DNA of 64,000 nt from Eledone cirrhosa. Lineage: Eukaryota. Positions 62,163-64,000 of the stretch are shown piece after piece; position 1 is the stretch's first letter, and each line of letters starts with the position of its first letter. Under the pieces are notes generated by a model that ran no database searches, was not told the origin of the DNA, and saw nothing but the letters and a program-made list of their open reading frames with translations. The position numbers were made by a program, and so were the translations under genes. The stretch is from contig OZ024744.1 of NCBI GenBank assembly GCA_964016885.1, positions 131,626,001-131,690,000 on the forward strand. The letters are read 5' to 3'.

Positions 62163-64000
62163 TTCGGGGTTAAGTTAAGTTGGGGTTAAGTTAAGTTAGG
62201 CTTAACTTAAGTTGGGGTTAAGTTAAGTTGGGGGTAAGTTAAGTTCTGGGTAAGTTAAGTTGGGGTTAAGTTGGGGTTAATTTAAGTTAGGGTTAAGTTA
62301 AGTTGGGGTTGAGTTAAGTTGGGGTTAAGTTAAGTTGGGGTTAAGTTAAGTTGGGGTCAAGTTAAGTTGGGGTTAAAATTAAGTTGGGGTTAAGTCAAGT
62401 TGGGGTTAAGTTAAGTTGGGGTTAATTTAGTTGGGGTTAAGTTAAGTTGGGGCTAAGTTAATTTGGGGCTAAGTTAAGTTGGGGCTAAGTTAAGTTGGGG
62501 TTAAGTTAAGTTGGGGTTAAGTTAAGTTGGGGTTAATTTAAATTGGGGTTAAGTTAACTTTGTGGTTAAGTTAAGTTGGGGTTAAGTTAAGTTGGGGCTA
62601 AGTTAAGTTGGGGTTAAGTTAAGTTGGGGTTAAGTTAAGTTGGGGTTGAGTTAAGTTGGGGTTGAGTGAAGTTGGGGTTAAGTTAAGTTGGCGTTAAGTT
62701 AAGTTGGGGTTGAGTTAAGTTGGGGTTGAGTTAATTTAGGGTTAAGTTAAGTTGGGGTTAAGTTAAGTTGGGTTTAAGTTAAGTTGGGGTTAAATTAAGT
62801 TGGGGTTAAATTAAGTTGGGGTTAAGTTAAGTTGGGGGTAAGTTAAGTTGGGGTTAAGTTAAGTTGGGGTTCAGTTAAGTTAGGGTTAAGTTAAGTTTGG
62901 GTTAAGTTGGGGTTAAATTAAGTTGGGGTTAAGTTAAGTTGGGGTTTAGTTAAGTTGGAGTTAAGTTAAGTTGGGGTTAATTTAAGTTGGGGTTAAGTTA
63001 AGTTGGTGTTAAGTTAAGTGGTGGTTATGTTAAGTTGGGGTTAAGTTAAGTTGGGGTTAATTTAAATTGGGGTTAAGTTAACTTTGTGGTTAAGTTAAGT
63101 TGGGGTTAAGTTAAGTTGGGGTTAAGTTAAGTTGGGGTTGAGTTAAGTTGGGGTTGAGTGAAGTTGGGGTTAAGTTAAGTTGGGGTTAATTTAAGTTGGG
63201 GTTAAGTTAAGTCGGGGTTAAGTTAAGTTGGGGTTGAGTTAAGTTGGTGTTAATTTAAGTTGGGGCTAAGTTAATTTGTGGTTAAGTTAAGTTGGGGTTA
63301 AGTTAAGTTGGGGTTAAGTTAAGTTGGGGTTGAGTTAAGTTGGGGTTGAGTTAATTTAGGGTTAAGTTAAGTTGGGGTTAAGTTAAGTTGGGTTTAAGTT
63401 AAGTTGGGGTTAAATTAAGTTGGGGTTAAGTTAAGTTGGGGGTAAGTTAAGTTGGGGGCAAGTTAAGTTGGGGTTCAGTTAAGTTGGGGTTAAATTAAGT
63501 TGGGGTTAAGTTTAGTTGGTGTTAAGTTAAGTTGGGGTTTATTTAAGTTGGGGTTAATTAAGTTGGGGTTAAGTTAAGTTGGGGTTAAGTTAAGTTGGGG
63601 TTAATTTAAGTTGGGGTTGAGTTAAGTTGGGGTTAAGTTAAGTTGGGTTTATATTAAGTTGGGGTTAAGTTAAGTTGGGGTTAAGTTAAGTTGGGGTTCA
63701 GTTAAGTTGCGGTTAAGTTAAGTTGGGGTTAAGTTAAGTTGGGGTTAAGTTAAGTTGGGGTTAAGTTAAGTTGGGGTTAAGTTAAGTTGGTGTTAAGTTA
63801 AGTTGGGGCTGAGTTAAGTTGGGGCTGAGTTAAGTTGGGGTTAAGTTAAGTTGGGGTTGAGTTAAGTTGGGGTTAAGTTAAGTTGGGGTTAAGTTAAGTT
63901 GGGGTTAAGTTAAGTTGGGGTCAAGTTAAGCTGGGGTTAAGTTAAGTTGGGGTTAAGCTAAGTTGGGGTTAAGTTAATTTGGGGTTCAGTTAAGTTGGGG

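Larger units (their letters stand above)
55660..63345 (+). repeat. Direct duplication at offset 4,287-4,304 bp (~55,660-59,040 / ~59,947-63,345)
   Basis: Islands 15 to 17 and 16 to 18 are both 4,287 apart; the offset becomes 4,304 after a 17-mer loss near 58,260 (tggtgttaattt at 58941/63245). Confidence 0.82.
1..64000 (+). repeat. Tandem satellite array, 16-bp consensus TTAAGTTAAGTTGGGG, G-rich strand on +, telomere-like
   Basis: Monomer read directly across the window (e.g. 1-16 ttaagttaagttgggg). Variants are mostly single substitutions (ttgag, ttcag, ttatg, ttgcgg, ttggtg, ttaggg, ctaag) plus 11-mers (TTAAGTTGGGG), 15-mers and 17-mers. No unique sequence seen; the array continues past both edges. 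Confidence 0.99.

Noticed and set aside
1-64000. Protein-coding ORFs, including a repetitive low-complexity protein
   Set aside because: TTAA occurs twice per monomer and is palindromic, and the 16-bp period cycles through reading frames, so TAA stops hit all six frames within every ~48 bp.
1-64000. CRISPR array or iteron array
   Set aside because: Monomers abut directly with no unique spacers, and there is no leader, cas or rep gene.
1-64000. Actively telomerase-synthesised terminal tract
   Set aside because: Ordered variants copied in kb-scale blocks and internal inversions do not fit fresh template-directed addition, and no chromosome end is in the window. A telomeric origin or subtelomeric location remains possible.
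1-64000. Variant monomers as an information-bearing code
   Set aside because: The variant order is adequately explained by point mutation plus nested duplication; nothing in the sequence requires a coding interpretation.

Overview
The whole 64 kb window is one non-coding tandem array of a 16-bp G-rich monomer, TTAAG-TTAAG-TTGGGG (about 4,000 copies), running off both ends. I see no genes, RNA genes, CRISPR spacers or transposon sequence; TAA stops occur in all six frames. The internal architecture has three main parts. (1) Eighteen inverted islands (329-426 bp, 7,272 bp in total, ~11%) switch the repeat to the C-rich strand, all with the same two fold-back junctions (GGGGTT|AACCCC on entry, CCCCAAA|TTCGGGG on exit), i.e. 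one ancestral inversion amplified with the array. (2) Variant monomers mark nested higher-order repeats (~270 bp, ~1.5-1.6 kb, 4.3-4.5 kb, ~5.1 kb, ~5.9 kb x4, 7,855 bp x2). (3) There are signs of sequence exchange between inverted and forward orientations. The monomer resembles telomeric repeats (TTAGG, TTGGGG, TTAGGTTGGGG), so this is most likely a eukaryotic telomere-like satellite maintained by recombination. Organism and chromosomal position cannot be determined from the window. Coordinates were counted by hand; island ends are placed at the junction symmetry centres and duplication boundaries are approximate.
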